Shown one piece after another: positions 19,409 to 28,286 of a stretch of 64,000 nucleotides of DNA. This stretch comes from an uncultured Verrucomicrobiota bacterium (GTDB lineage Bacteria; Verrucomicrobiota; Kiritimatiellia; Kiritimatiellales; Pontiellaceae). Numbering within the stretch: the stretch's first letter is position 1; every line of letters begins with the position of its first letter. The notes below the pieces were generated by a model. The model saw only the letters and a list, made by a program, of their open reading frames with translations, searched no databases and was not told the DNA's origin. The stretch is taken from NCBI GenBank assembly GCA_964483355.1, contig CAZABK010000003.1:14584-78583 (forward strand), given 5' to 3'. The position numbers and the translations under genes are program-made.

Positions 19409-20326
19409 TCAGTCGTTCAAATCTTTCAGGAATTTTGCGCGGGTTGCCTCGTCAATATGCAGCAAAACGCGCGCGTTGGGTTCGCAAACCATTCGCCGCG
19501 TTTCATTCCAAACTGTGATCCGGTCACCCGTCATTATATGCTGTCCCTGCTTAACCTTCGGCCCGTCCTCCAGCGTGAACTTTCCTTCATCCGCGTGGTA
19601 GGCCGCACGTCCGGCCAGCGCTTTCCGGTCTTCTGTCTGGATTATTACCTCGGACAAGGCCTCAAGCCAATCTATTTTATTGTCATCTTTCAGGAAAATA
19701 CGGGCCCTGCTGCAATTCATGGCGCCGCGCGGATCGCGCAGCCGGACCCGGCCATCCAGCTCAACCATTCGGTCCTTTTCGGCATAAACCATTCGATCCG
19801 CGCGGATTTCCGAAATCCCCTCGCCGCCGGCCACGCCGGAAACCTCCAGCAACACATTGGGTTCGCAGACCACCTTGCGCTCATCGCCGAGCCACGCCGT
19901 AATGCGCTCGCCGGAAAGGCGATTGATCCCATCCGTCGCGCTCGCGCGCCCGTCAAGCTGAACAAAATCGATGGATTCCACCCCGTTTGAGGTGGAAAAA
20001 CGGCCGCTCAGGGTATCCGCCGCCAGCTCGCCGCGTTCATCAATCACCAACACATTGCCGCTCATTTGAACCAGGCGCTGCGCATAATCAAACACCAGCT
20101 GCGTTCCGGTCAGCAGCGTTTCGCCGGACTGTCGCCCGGCCTCTTTCAGCTTTTCCAGCCGCTGAACAAAGGGCGCAAATCCATCATTCGTGGCCACCTC
20201 GACTTCAGCAGCCGCCTTTTCAGCAGAACGCGCCGGAGCAACCTTTTTCTCCGCAGGCTCCTGCTTTGAGCAGGCAACAAGAAACAGGCTGCCGCACAGC
20301 GCAAATCTGGAAAGCAACCGGATCAT
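19409..20326 (-). CDS. LptA/OstA-family protein, probable lipoprotein with repeated beta-jellyroll segments
   Basis: LVAC lipobox; repeated L.G.V...D..G.L.AD / GERIT patterns; upstream of lptB. Confidence 0.7.
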   Translation of the reverse strand: MIRLLSRFALCGSLFLVACSKQEPAEKKVAPARSAEKAAAEVEVATNDGFAPFVQRLEKLKEAGRQSGETLLTGTQLVFDYAQRLVQMSGNVLVIDERGELAADTLSGRFSTSNGVESIDFVQLDGRASATDGINRLSGERITAWLGDERKVVCEPNVLLEVSGVAGGEGISEIRADRMVYAEKDRMVELDGRVRLRDPRGAMNCSRARIFLKDDNKIDWLEALSEVIIQTEDRKALAGRAAYHADEGKFTLEDGPKVKQGQHIMTGDRITVWNETRRMVCEPNARVLLHIDEATRAKFLKDLND

Positions 20327-20811
20327 AGCGTCAGCCCTTCCATATTTTTCGCCGACTCCTTCACGATCACCTTGGCGTCGTCGAGAATTTCAAAGCGGCT
20401 GGTATCGGACGAAAAGCGGAACCCTTTGCCGCAAATGGACATCTGCTCCATTTCGATCAGCACATCGCCATCCGAATAGACGACAAGAATACTGCGCCCG
20501 CCCTCTTCAACCGTTTCGGTGAAGCACTGCGGCGCGAACAAGGTCATGGCAACCGCGCCGTCCTGATAGACATCGAGCCGCAGATTGGTCACATCGGCCT
20601 TGCCGCCCGCTAGCACCTTGGCGCCGCCGCCATAGAGCTGAGCCTGAAGCTTTCCGTCCTCGTCATAGTACGGCACGCGCACGCCCGCCACCTCCATGCC
20701 GGCATCAAAATATTGATCCATTTTGGAGGGCGCAGGCTCCTGCGCATGTGTGACAACACACATCCCGAACAGGACTAGAGCATTAAGAAGGGTCTGCTTC
20801 ATGGAATTCAA
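20323..20811 (-). CDS. LptC-like protein
   Basis: V.VPYYDEDGKLQAQL pattern; position in an lptC-lptA-lptB arrangement. Confidence 0.6.
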   Translation of the reverse strand: MNSMKQTLLNALVLFGMCVVTHAQEPAPSKMDQYFDAGMEVAGVRVPYYDEDGKLQAQLYGGGAKVLAGGKADVTNLRLDVYQDGAVAMTLFAPQCFTETVEEGGRSILVVYSDGDVLIEMEQMSICGKGFRFSSDTSRFEILDDAKVIVKESAKNMEGLTL

Positions 20812-20824
20812 CTATCTAACAGAA

Positions 20825-20880
20825 GGCCGCAAAAAACGCAAAGTAATCAACCCTGCATCTTTGCGGCCTTGGCGGCCTTG
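20825..20880. repeat. CGCAAAG-type inverted repeat
   Basis: ggccgcaaaaaacgcaaag...ctttgcggccttggcggcc between lptC-like gene and gpmI. Confidence 0.55.
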
Positions 20881-20895
20881 GTGCTAACTCACGCC

Positions 20896-22545
20896 CTAGC
20901 CCACTTCGACGAGGCTTGTGGTGTAGTCGGCCGGCGGCTCATAGCCGAGCAGCGTGATGCAGGTCGCCGCCAGGTTGGCGATGCCGGCGTCGGCGACCTC
21001 AACCTGGCGGGCGTTGGCCGCGCCGGACGGATCGAAGACAATCGCCGGAACCGGGTTAAGCGAGTGCGCGGTTTTCGGCTTCGTCTTGCCTTCGTCGTCG
21101 AGCTTCAGCTCGCCGGTCTTTTTGTCGAGCTCGCACATATCGTCCGAGTTGCCGTGGTCGGCCGAGCAGACCATAATGCCGCCGGTTTTCTTCAGTGCGT
21201 CCATAATTTTGCCGACGCCTTCGTCCACCGCTTCAACCGCGGTCTTTACCGCCGCCGGAACACCGGTATGGCCGACCATGTCGCCGTTCGGGAAGTTGAG
21301 GCGGATAAACTCGTATTCGCCGCTTTCAATCGCCTTGACGACCTCTTCGGTAATTTCATCGGCCTTCATGCGCGGTGCGTCTTCGAACGGGCAGACATCG
21401 GAAGGAATTTCCTTCCAGGTTTCCGTTTCAAATTTACCAGAGTTATTGCCGTTGAAGAAATAGGTGACGTGTCCGAACTTCTGGGTTTCGGAAATGGCAA
21501 ACTGTTTCACGCCTGCATTGGAAAGATATTCGCTCATGGTGCGGTCGATGGCCGGCGGAGCAACGAGGAACATTTCCGGAACGCCGAGATCGCCGTCGTA
21601 CTGCATCATACCGGCATACATCACGTCCGGTTTGGGGCCGCGGGCAAACTCGGTCAGCTCGTCGGCTTCAAACGCTTTGGTAATTTCCAGCGCACGGTCG
21701 CCGCGGAAGTTGAACAGAATCACGCTGTCGCCGTCGACCACCGGGCCAACCGGAGCGCCATCGTGCTCAATTACAAACGGAGGCAGGTCCTGGTCGAGGA
21801 TGCCTTCGTTTTCGGCGCGGAAGGTTTCAACCGCTTCCATCATCGAAGCAAACATGCGGCCTTCACCCTTCACATGGGTGTTCCAGCCGGCTTCAATCAT
21901 CGGCCAGTTGGCGTCATAGCGGTCCATGGTAATGTTCTGGCGGCCGCCGCCGGATGCCACGCAGTAATCCACGGAGCAGTCTGCGTTCATTTCCGCCAGG
22001 AAGCTTTCAATGCGCTCAATGTACTGCGGCGCGGAGGTCGGCGGCACGTCGCGGCCGTCGATCAGCGCATGAAGACGAACCTTTTTGATGCCTTCGGCTT
22101 TGGCCTGCTTCACCATAGCTTCGAAATGCTCAAGGTTGGAGTGTACGTTTCCGTCGGAGCAGAGGCCGATGAAGTGCAGTGTGGAATCTTTCTCTTTCAC
22201 GTTTCCGGCGAGTTTTTTCCAGGCATCGCCTTCGTACATGGAGCCGGAGTTGATTGCATTGCGAACCAGCGCAGCGCCCTGGTCGAACACACGGCCGCAG
22301 CCGATTGCGTTATGGCCGACTTCGGAGTTACCCATGTCGCCGTCATCCGGCAGTCCGGCGGCACGGCCGTGCGCCGCAACTTCGGTGTAGATGGCATTTT
22401 CGCGAAGCCAGTCCAGGTTCGGGGTGTTTGCAATTTTTACATAGTCGCTCTCCGGGTTCTTACCAATCCCGACACCGTCCATGATGACCAAAACAACCGG
22501 ACCCTCCGGTCCGCCAAACGCTTCATTTTTCTTCAACTGTTCCAT
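20896..22545 (-). CDS. gpmI: 2,3-bisphosphoglycerate-independent phosphoglycerate mutase
   Basis: DGVG, MGNSEVGH, FRGDRA, SETQKFGHVTYFFNG, NGDMVGHTG and ADHGN motifs. Confidence 0.96.
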   Translation of the reverse strand: MEQLKKNEAFGGPEGPVVLVIMDGVGIGKNPESDYVKIANTPNLDWLRENAIYTEVAAHGRAAGLPDDGDMGNSEVGHNAIGCGRVFDQGAALVRNAINSGSMYEGDAWKKLAGNVKEKDSTLHFIGLCSDGNVHSNLEHFEAMVKQAKAEGIKKVRLHALIDGRDVPPTSAPQYIERIESFLAEMNADCSVDYCVASGGGRQNITMDRYDANWPMIEAGWNTHVKGEGRMFASMMEAVETFRAENEGILDQDLPPFVIEHDGAPVGPVVDGDSVILFNFRGDRALEITKAFEADELTEFARGPKPDVMYAGMMQYDGDLGVPEMFLVAPPAIDRTMSEYLSNAGVKQFAISETQKFGHVTYFFNGNNSGKFETETWKEIPSDVCPFEDAPRMKADEITEEVVKAIESGEYEFIRLNFPNGDMVGHTGVPAAVKTAVEAVDEGVGKIMDALKKTGGIMVCSADHGNSDDMCELDKKTGELKLDDEGKTKPKTAHSLNPVPAIVFDPSGAANARQVEVADAGIANLAATCITLLGYEPPADYTTSLVEVG

Positions 22546-22610
22546 GATATCCTCCGTCGCTCCGCATCCGGAGCGCTTTACATTGGTTCGTCTAAATTAA
22601 ACAATTCTAT

Positions 22611-22678
22611 GGCCACGGGTGAACTCCGATGAACTCGGACTTTTTATTTTCCGTGTTAATCTGTGTTTGTCCGTGGCT
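22611..22678. repeat. CACGG-type degenerate inverted repeat
   Basis: gccacgggtgaactccgatgaactcgg...ccgtgttaatctgtgtttgtccgtggc; the termini are complementary. Confidence 0.55.
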
Positions 22679-23061
22679 AAAATCCTGAAAATTTCAAAAA
22701 TCGGCGCTGAATATGCCCTGCTCCGCCCGCCTTGGCAAAAAAATACCGTTATAGATTCCCGAGCGGACGGATGATCGCAACAGTCCCGTCATCTGGATTT
22801 ATCTCGCGCAAAGTCGCAAAGAACGCCAAGGCTAGCAATATGTTGCCTTTGAAGGGACAGCATACCTTCCGTCCACGGACGATGAGGCCATCGCCCGCCA
22901 GAAAACACCACTGATGTTCCTTGTTCTTTTTTGCAAGACTTCTATAATGTGACTCCATAAATTAAATCTTTTTGAAGGGTGTTATGCGGACGTCCGTATA
23001 TCACCTGTTATTAAAGTGCGTCCGCCTAACCACTGTTCGAAAAAATTACAAAAGGGATCAA

Positions 23062-24302
23062 ATGAAGATACGAAGTTATGGTGCGCTGGTGGCAGTCTGG
23101 TTGGTATCATCGGCAACCGGGCAAACTGCAATTCCCGGCACGACAGAAACCGCACCACTGCAAAGATCTTTGAATTGGAGGAATTATTCATTGAGCAACA
23201 GTACAGCTTCCTTCCCATTGCACCACCATCGGAAGAAATTTATCTCCACTCCAACAGTCAGGTTGTTCCGGTGGCGTTCGACAATTTTCCAAAGCGTTTC
23301 CAGAAAAGAATTATGGCGGAGTTTGATAAATCCACCGGAATCCCGCTTTACTCCATAACCATTGAAGAAGATCCGGTCAGTCGCCGAACCATTTTCAGGA
23401 ATGCGTTCGGCGTTGTTATTTTCGAGTTAGAGCCTGAAGAAAACTACAATCCTTTTGCGTGGCCGGAATGGAAATTCAGTCTCGCCGAAGGCGAAGCCCT
23501 TGATCCTTTTACCCAATGGCTTTACGACCCGGCGCATATCGCCGTTTCGTTTACACTGATTGATTCGATTTATTACGAAGCCTATCTTGCGGAAAAAGAA
23601 GCCCTGCGTCTGGCAGCTGCATCAATGCAGCCCATGATGATGACCATGTCGGCACCGCTGATAAAACCCATTGCATCCATGACCACCGGAAGCAACGGGT
23701 TGGTTACACTCAACATTTCATTGCTGGACACTTACGGCGGTTATGTTGAAATTTTTGACCGTGACTGGCTCCAGTATTGGGATGATTGGGAACTCGCCAA
23801 GAGCTGGCTTCCAACCTATGGAAACCAGCAGGTTTCATGGCAGGACAATTCATCGTCAGGAAAGAACCATAGATTCTACTACATCGGCGACGCGACCGAT
23901 GACCCCGAAGGTGATGGCTTCTCAACATTACGCGAGGAACTGCCCACTGGAACAGACCCTGCGGTTTTCAATATGATCGATGAAGATAATGATGGAATGC
24001 ATGACTGGTGGGAAGCCAAGCTTTTCGGAGGAACCAACCAAGTCGGTTCAGGCGATTTTGATGGTGACGGTTTGCTCAACAATGAAGAAATAGTCTATGT
24101 ATCATCAGGTTCCGGCTCCCCGTCAGTCACCATGAGCAGCGACCCGTCCCTGTTTGATACAGACGCAGACGGGATGGATGATGGGTTTGAAGAATCTTAC
24201 TACTGGCTGGATCCTATGGATTCTTCCGATGCAGGAAGCGACCGGGACGGGGACAATCTCACGAATAAATATCTCACCATCCGTGGCACGCTCTACCGTT
24301 AG
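23062..24302 (+). pseudogene. Frameshifted, truncated exported protein with DxDxDG calcium-binding (TSP3-like) repeats
   Basis: Signal peptide (MKIRSYGALVAVWLVSSATG) is in frame 1 and the body in frame 3 (shift near 23130-23165); repeats DEDNDG, DFDGDG, DTDADG, DRDGDN; the ORF stops abruptly within a repeat. Confidence 0.65.
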
Positions 24303-24348
24303 GTTTTGGCAGTCTGAAGTAAATGGTTCCGGAAACTGGATTTTGAAA

Positions 24349-24376
24349 GGTAGGGAGCGACCGCCGGGCGCGCCGC
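24349..24376 (+). repeat. GTAG-type REP-like element
   Basis: GGTAGGGAGCGACCGCCGGGCGCGCC resembles the reverse complement of the copies at 26414 and 50201. Confidence 0.5.
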
Positions 24377-24539
24377 ACTCCGAGTTGTCCCGCCATCTAA
24401 TCGCGCCGCAGCTTTAACGAAGGAGGAAACCCGGCGACGGCGGATCCGTCATTTCCAACGAGTCAGGTCGAAGCCTCGGCCAAGACTGATGCTTGGAAAA
24501 CCTGCCCCCATCAGCGAAGGTTCATCTGTTATCCCTTGT

Positions 24540-26309
24540 TTATTTGTTAAAACCCTTGTGGTTCATGAATTCCCAAATGCGATCCATCCAGGTGTAGCTG
24601 CCCGTGCCCGGAGCGGCCTTTCTCTGAAAGCAGTGCCCGCGTTTGACAAGCGTATGGAGATCGGACTGGATTCCCATCCGGCGGAGCTGCTCCCAGCATT
24701 TTACCGAATTCATCGCCGCCCAGCCGTCCGCATCGCCGTGAATGAACAGCATCGGACAGCTCGCAAGATCAAACGAAAATTCAGGAACGAGCCGCGCATC
24801 GTCTTCGTTGCCGCCCGTCTTATTGTGGAAGTCCGAGCCGTCCGTGAGCGCGTACGCCGGATAGATGGCGATCGCCCACTGTGCGTTGCAGGGAATGTTG
24901 TCCAGGTCGTCGATCGGCCAATAGGAACGATGCTTCGAGCTGGTTGCGCCCATGAGCGTCAGGTGGCCGCCGGCCGAGGAACCCATGATGCCGATGCGGT
25001 CAGGATCGAGTCCCTTCGCCGCAGCCTCGCTGCGGACAATTCGAACGGCGCGCTGCAGATCCTGCCACGCCGTCGTGTGCTTCGCCAGCCCGCCCAGCGG
25101 ACGCGGCGTGCGGTATTTCATTGTCACGACCGCCATGCCCTTTTCGTTCAGGTAACGCCGTGTCGGCGCGACTTCAAATCCGTCCGGAGCGTTGCCTTTG
25201 TAAGCGCCGCCCGAGTAGATGATCTGGATTGCCTTTGTCTTGAGTTCTTTCGGCATGTGCCACTCGAGATACGGCAGGCACTGGTTCGTCTGCACATCCG
25301 GCATTTTGCCTTCCGGCCAAACCGGTTCTTTGCTGTACTCGCCTCGCGCATCGTCGCTTGCATAGCGGGACATCAGATCGACTTCTTCACCGAGGCGCCC
25401 GTCAAAATTCATCTGGCGGAAGAATTCAGCGATACGATCCATCCAATGATCATAGGCGGTGCCGTCTTCGCCTTTGTTCGGATCACCCATAAAACCGTGA
25501 GGACGATCCGCGAAGAGATGGAGCTCGGCCGGAATTTTCATTCGACGGAGCTGGCGGTAGATCTGCGTGGATCCATTCGGCGAATATCTGTCCGCTCCGC
25601 CGTGGAAGAGAGCCATCGGACACGTCTTCTCGTCGAACCTGAACACGTCCGAGAGCTGAACATCAATCGCATCGCCATCGCGGGTATTGGGCCCGGTGAG
25701 TCCGTCTGTGAGCGCATAGGCCGTGTAGACCGGCACCGCCCAGTTGACGTGACACGGAAGCCGGTCAAGGTCATCGACCGGCTCGTACGCCGGCGTGAGC
25801 GAACTCGTCGCAAGCAGGACCGTCAAATGCGATCCTGCGGAAAAGCCGAGCACGCCGATCTTCTCCGGATCAAAGCCGCGCTTTTCAGCATCGTTGCGTA
25901 CGAGGCGGACGGCGCGCTGCCCGTCCTCCCACGCGCTCTGATAAATGGGCAGCCCCTGAGGACGCGGCGTACGGTAGGTAAGGCTCACGCAGACGAACCC
26001 AAGCTCGGAAAACTTTTTTGCAACACGGTCAATCCACACCCCGTCGCAGCAACTCTGATAACCGCCACCGGAAATGAGCAGCATGCATCCGCCGTTTTTC
26101 TCCGCAGGCGGCTCGTACCAATCGAGATGCGGCATCCTATTATCCGCAGCAACAAATCCCGGAGCTTTCACCTCCTGAGTGGTCGCCGCGATCTGTTGGG
26201 GCTGAAAATCAGGGATCTTTCCTTCCGGCCACAGCGCGATCCGCTCCCCGGCAATAGCCAGACCGGCGACCAGCCACCCGCACCCGAACATAACTATTTT
26301 TTTCGTCAT
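24540..26309 (-). CDS. Exported tandem double alpha/beta-hydrolase (carbohydrate esterase-like)
   Basis: Two homologous domains, each with ISGGGY/YSGGAY, YRTPRP, GxSAG (GFSAG, GSSAG), HG.AD and a His motif; signal peptide from ATG 26309. Confidence 0.85.
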   Translation of the reverse strand: MTKKIVMFGCGWLVAGLAIAGERIALWPEGKIPDFQPQQIAATTQEVKAPGFVAADNRMPHLDWYEPPAEKNGGCMLLISGGGYQSCCDGVWIDRVAKKFSELGFVCVSLTYRTPRPQGLPIYQSAWEDGQRAVRLVRNDAEKRGFDPEKIGVLGFSAGSHLTVLLATSSLTPAYEPVDDLDRLPCHVNWAVPVYTAYALTDGLTGPNTRDGDAIDVQLSDVFRFDEKTCPMALFHGGADRYSPNGSTQIYRQLRRMKIPAELHLFADRPHGFMGDPNKGEDGTAYDHWMDRIAEFFRQMNFDGRLGEEVDLMSRYASDDARGEYSKEPVWPEGKMPDVQTNQCLPYLEWHMPKELKTKAIQIIYSGGAYKGNAPDGFEVAPTRRYLNEKGMAVVTMKYRTPRPLGGLAKHTTAWQDLQRAVRIVRSEAAAKGLDPDRIGIMGSSAGGHLTLMGATSSKHRSYWPIDDLDNIPCNAQWAIAIYPAYALTDGSDFHNKTGGNEDDARLVPEFSFDLASCPMLFIHGDADGWAAMNSVKCWEQLRRMGIQSDLHTLVKRGHCFQRKAAPGTGSYTWMDRIWEFMNHKGFNK

Positions 26310-26413
26310 ATCGCTTCCTCTATTTTCCTCATCGCAATAAAGCAACGATCATAAAACAAACCTGTTCCCCGCAAAAAACAGCTAAAGCCCTTAGGCGCCC
26401 TTCGTGTGTGCTT

Positions 26414-26487
26414 AACGCGCCCGGAGGTCGCGTTCCACCTCACTCAACTCCGAGTTCCAAGGGTTGGAAGGAGGCTGAGCCTCCACC
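26414..26487 (-). repeat. REP-like cluster
   Basis: GCCCGGAGGTCGCGTTCCACC (26419-26439) is identical to 50207-50227; a second hairpin GGAGGCTGAGCCTCCACC and a TTCCAAgggTTGGAA palindrome lie alongside. Confidence 0.65.
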
Positions 26488-26513
26488 CGATTATTTTTCC
26501 AAACATTGGAAAT

Positions 26514-27416
26514 TTATTGCGCGGCAGCGACACGGCCGGTGAAGAAACCGACGACGCGGTCGAGAATTTCATCGACCGAAGGAGACTGCTCTTTATCACG
26601 CCGGAAGCCGTGACCGGCTTTTTGCACAATCTGCAGGGTACAGTCCGTTCCCAGCTGATCGGCTTTCCGCTTGAAGCGCAGGGAATGCTCCATGTTCACG
26701 ATGCCGTCGCTGTCGCCGTGAAAAATCAGTACCGGCGGACAGTCGGCAGACAGGTTGCAAAACGGGCTGATTTCCCGGTATGCCTCCGGCTCATCTTTGA
26801 AGTGGCGGCCCATCCGGTCGCTCAGCGGGCGCAGCCCGCCGTTTTTTTCGATCGAAATGGTTTCATAGTTTTCCATATCGCACGGAGGATAGAAGGCCAC
26901 GGCTCCGCGCAGGTGCACATCGGCTGCGGCCAGCTCCGGGGATTCACTCAGCTCCGCATTGGCGGTTGCGGTGGCTGCCATCAGCGTCAAGTGTCCGCCG
27001 GCAGACTGGCCCCAGACAAATATGTTTTCGGGGTCGGCACCCAGCTCTGCGGCATGGGCGGCCACATAACGAACGGCATCGAGCGCATCAACGGTGGACT
27101 CGCGCATGTAGATGTTTTTCTGTTCATTCACTTTGCGGTATTCAACCGACACGCCTAGAAAACCTTTTTCAGCCAGTCGGTTAAACAGCTCGGCGGTCAG
27201 GCCTCCAATATTCTTTGAACCAACGCGCCAGCCGCCGCCGTGAATAAAAATGTGCACGGGACAGGTTTGGCTGTTCGTCTGCGGATAATAGAGATCCAGC
27301 ACGCACGCCGGATCGTCGTTTCGGTACGCAATATTTTTCCGAACCTTGGAAAACGGCGCGGCCTGAAGACTGCCGGCCACCGCAAGAAGAGCTGTAATAA
27401 GGATGAGTGTTTTCAT
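26514..27416 (-). CDS. Exported alpha/beta-hydrolase (BD-FAE/HSL-like esterase)
   Basis: IHGGGW, GQSAGG, HGDSD and AGHGF motifs; signal peptide MKTLILITALLAVAGSLQA. Confidence 0.88.
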   Translation of the reverse strand: MKTLILITALLAVAGSLQAAPFSKVRKNIAYRNDDPACVLDLYYPQTNSQTCPVHIFIHGGGWRVGSKNIGGLTAELFNRLAEKGFLGVSVEYRKVNEQKNIYMRESTVDALDAVRYVAAHAAELGADPENIFVWGQSAGGHLTLMAATATANAELSESPELAAADVHLRGAVAFYPPCDMENYETISIEKNGGLRPLSDRMGRHFKDEPEAYREISPFCNLSADCPPVLIFHGDSDGIVNMEHSLRFKRKADQLGTDCTLQIVQKAGHGFRRDKEQSPSVDEILDRVVGFFTGRVAAAQ

Positions 27417-27466
27417 AGTTGTAATTTTTTGAAGTAAACAACCGTCAGTCGGCAGAGTATACCTTG

Positions 27467-28270
27467 TTATTTTTCCAACCTTTGGAACTTTTGGGTCAAC
27501 CGACGGACTTCGTTGATGACCAGCGGACAAGCCGGTTCGATAATCCCATGGCCGTAGCCGTCGAGTTCCATGATGCGAGTGTCCGGGTGCCCCGCTACAC
27601 GCATCATGCGCATCATGTAGGCGTTTTCCTCGTAGCGGCCGAGCATTTCCATTTCGCGGTCGCCGGTAATCAGCAGCAGCGGCGGTGCGTCGGGCCGCAC
27701 ATGAAAGAGCGGCGCCATCTCATCCACAATCGGCTGCGTACGGCTGATCCCGCGTTCGGCACGGACTGTCAGGTGAGTAATGGTATGCCCGCTGAGCGGA
27801 ATCAGCCCGGCGAGGCAATCGGCATCGATTCCGAATGCAGCCAGATAGGATTTATCCAGCCCCACCATACTGGCGAGGTAGCCGCCGGCCGAGTGCCCGG
27901 AGAGAAAAACCAGGTTTGAATTGCCGCCGTACTGCTCAATATGCTTGAGCACCCAGGCGACTGCGGCGGCGGCATCCTCGACATAGCCGGGGCTTTGCAC
28001 CTTCGGGTTCAGTCGATAATTCACGCTGACCACCGCGACCTTACGGTTCAGCAAACCGGGCGGAAAATGCTTGTTGCCATTCCTCAGTCCGCCGCCGTGG
28101 AACCACACGACCGTCGGGAAGTCCGTTACGCCGTCGGGAAGCCAGATATCGAGTTTGCAGCGCTCCACGGCATACGGATCGTCCGACTCGCGATACGACA
28201 GGTTGGAATGGATTGTCTGCGCGGACAACCCACCAGCACACAACAGGATCAGTAAAATAATTCGTTTCAT
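27467..28270 (-). CDS. Exported alpha/beta-hydrolase (carboxylesterase)
   Basis: FHGGGL, GHSAGG, TGDRE and YGHG motifs; signal peptide. Confidence 0.88.
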   Translation of the reverse strand: MKRIILLILLCAGGLSAQTIHSNLSYRESDDPYAVERCKLDIWLPDGVTDFPTVVWFHGGGLRNGNKHFPPGLLNRKVAVVSVNYRLNPKVQSPGYVEDAAAAVAWVLKHIEQYGGNSNLVFLSGHSAGGYLASMVGLDKSYLAAFGIDADCLAGLIPLSGHTITHLTVRAERGISRTQPIVDEMAPLFHVRPDAPPLLLITGDREMEMLGRYEENAYMMRMMRVAGHPDTRIMELDGYGHGIIEPACPLVINEVRRLTQKFQRLEK

Positions 28271-28286
28271 TACAAGTACTCCGATT

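Noticed and set aside
22985-23030. Palindrome GCGGACGTCCGT and GCCTAAC as a possible integron attC site
   Set aside because: No matching GTTRRRY end at a suitable distance, no cassette array and no integrase.
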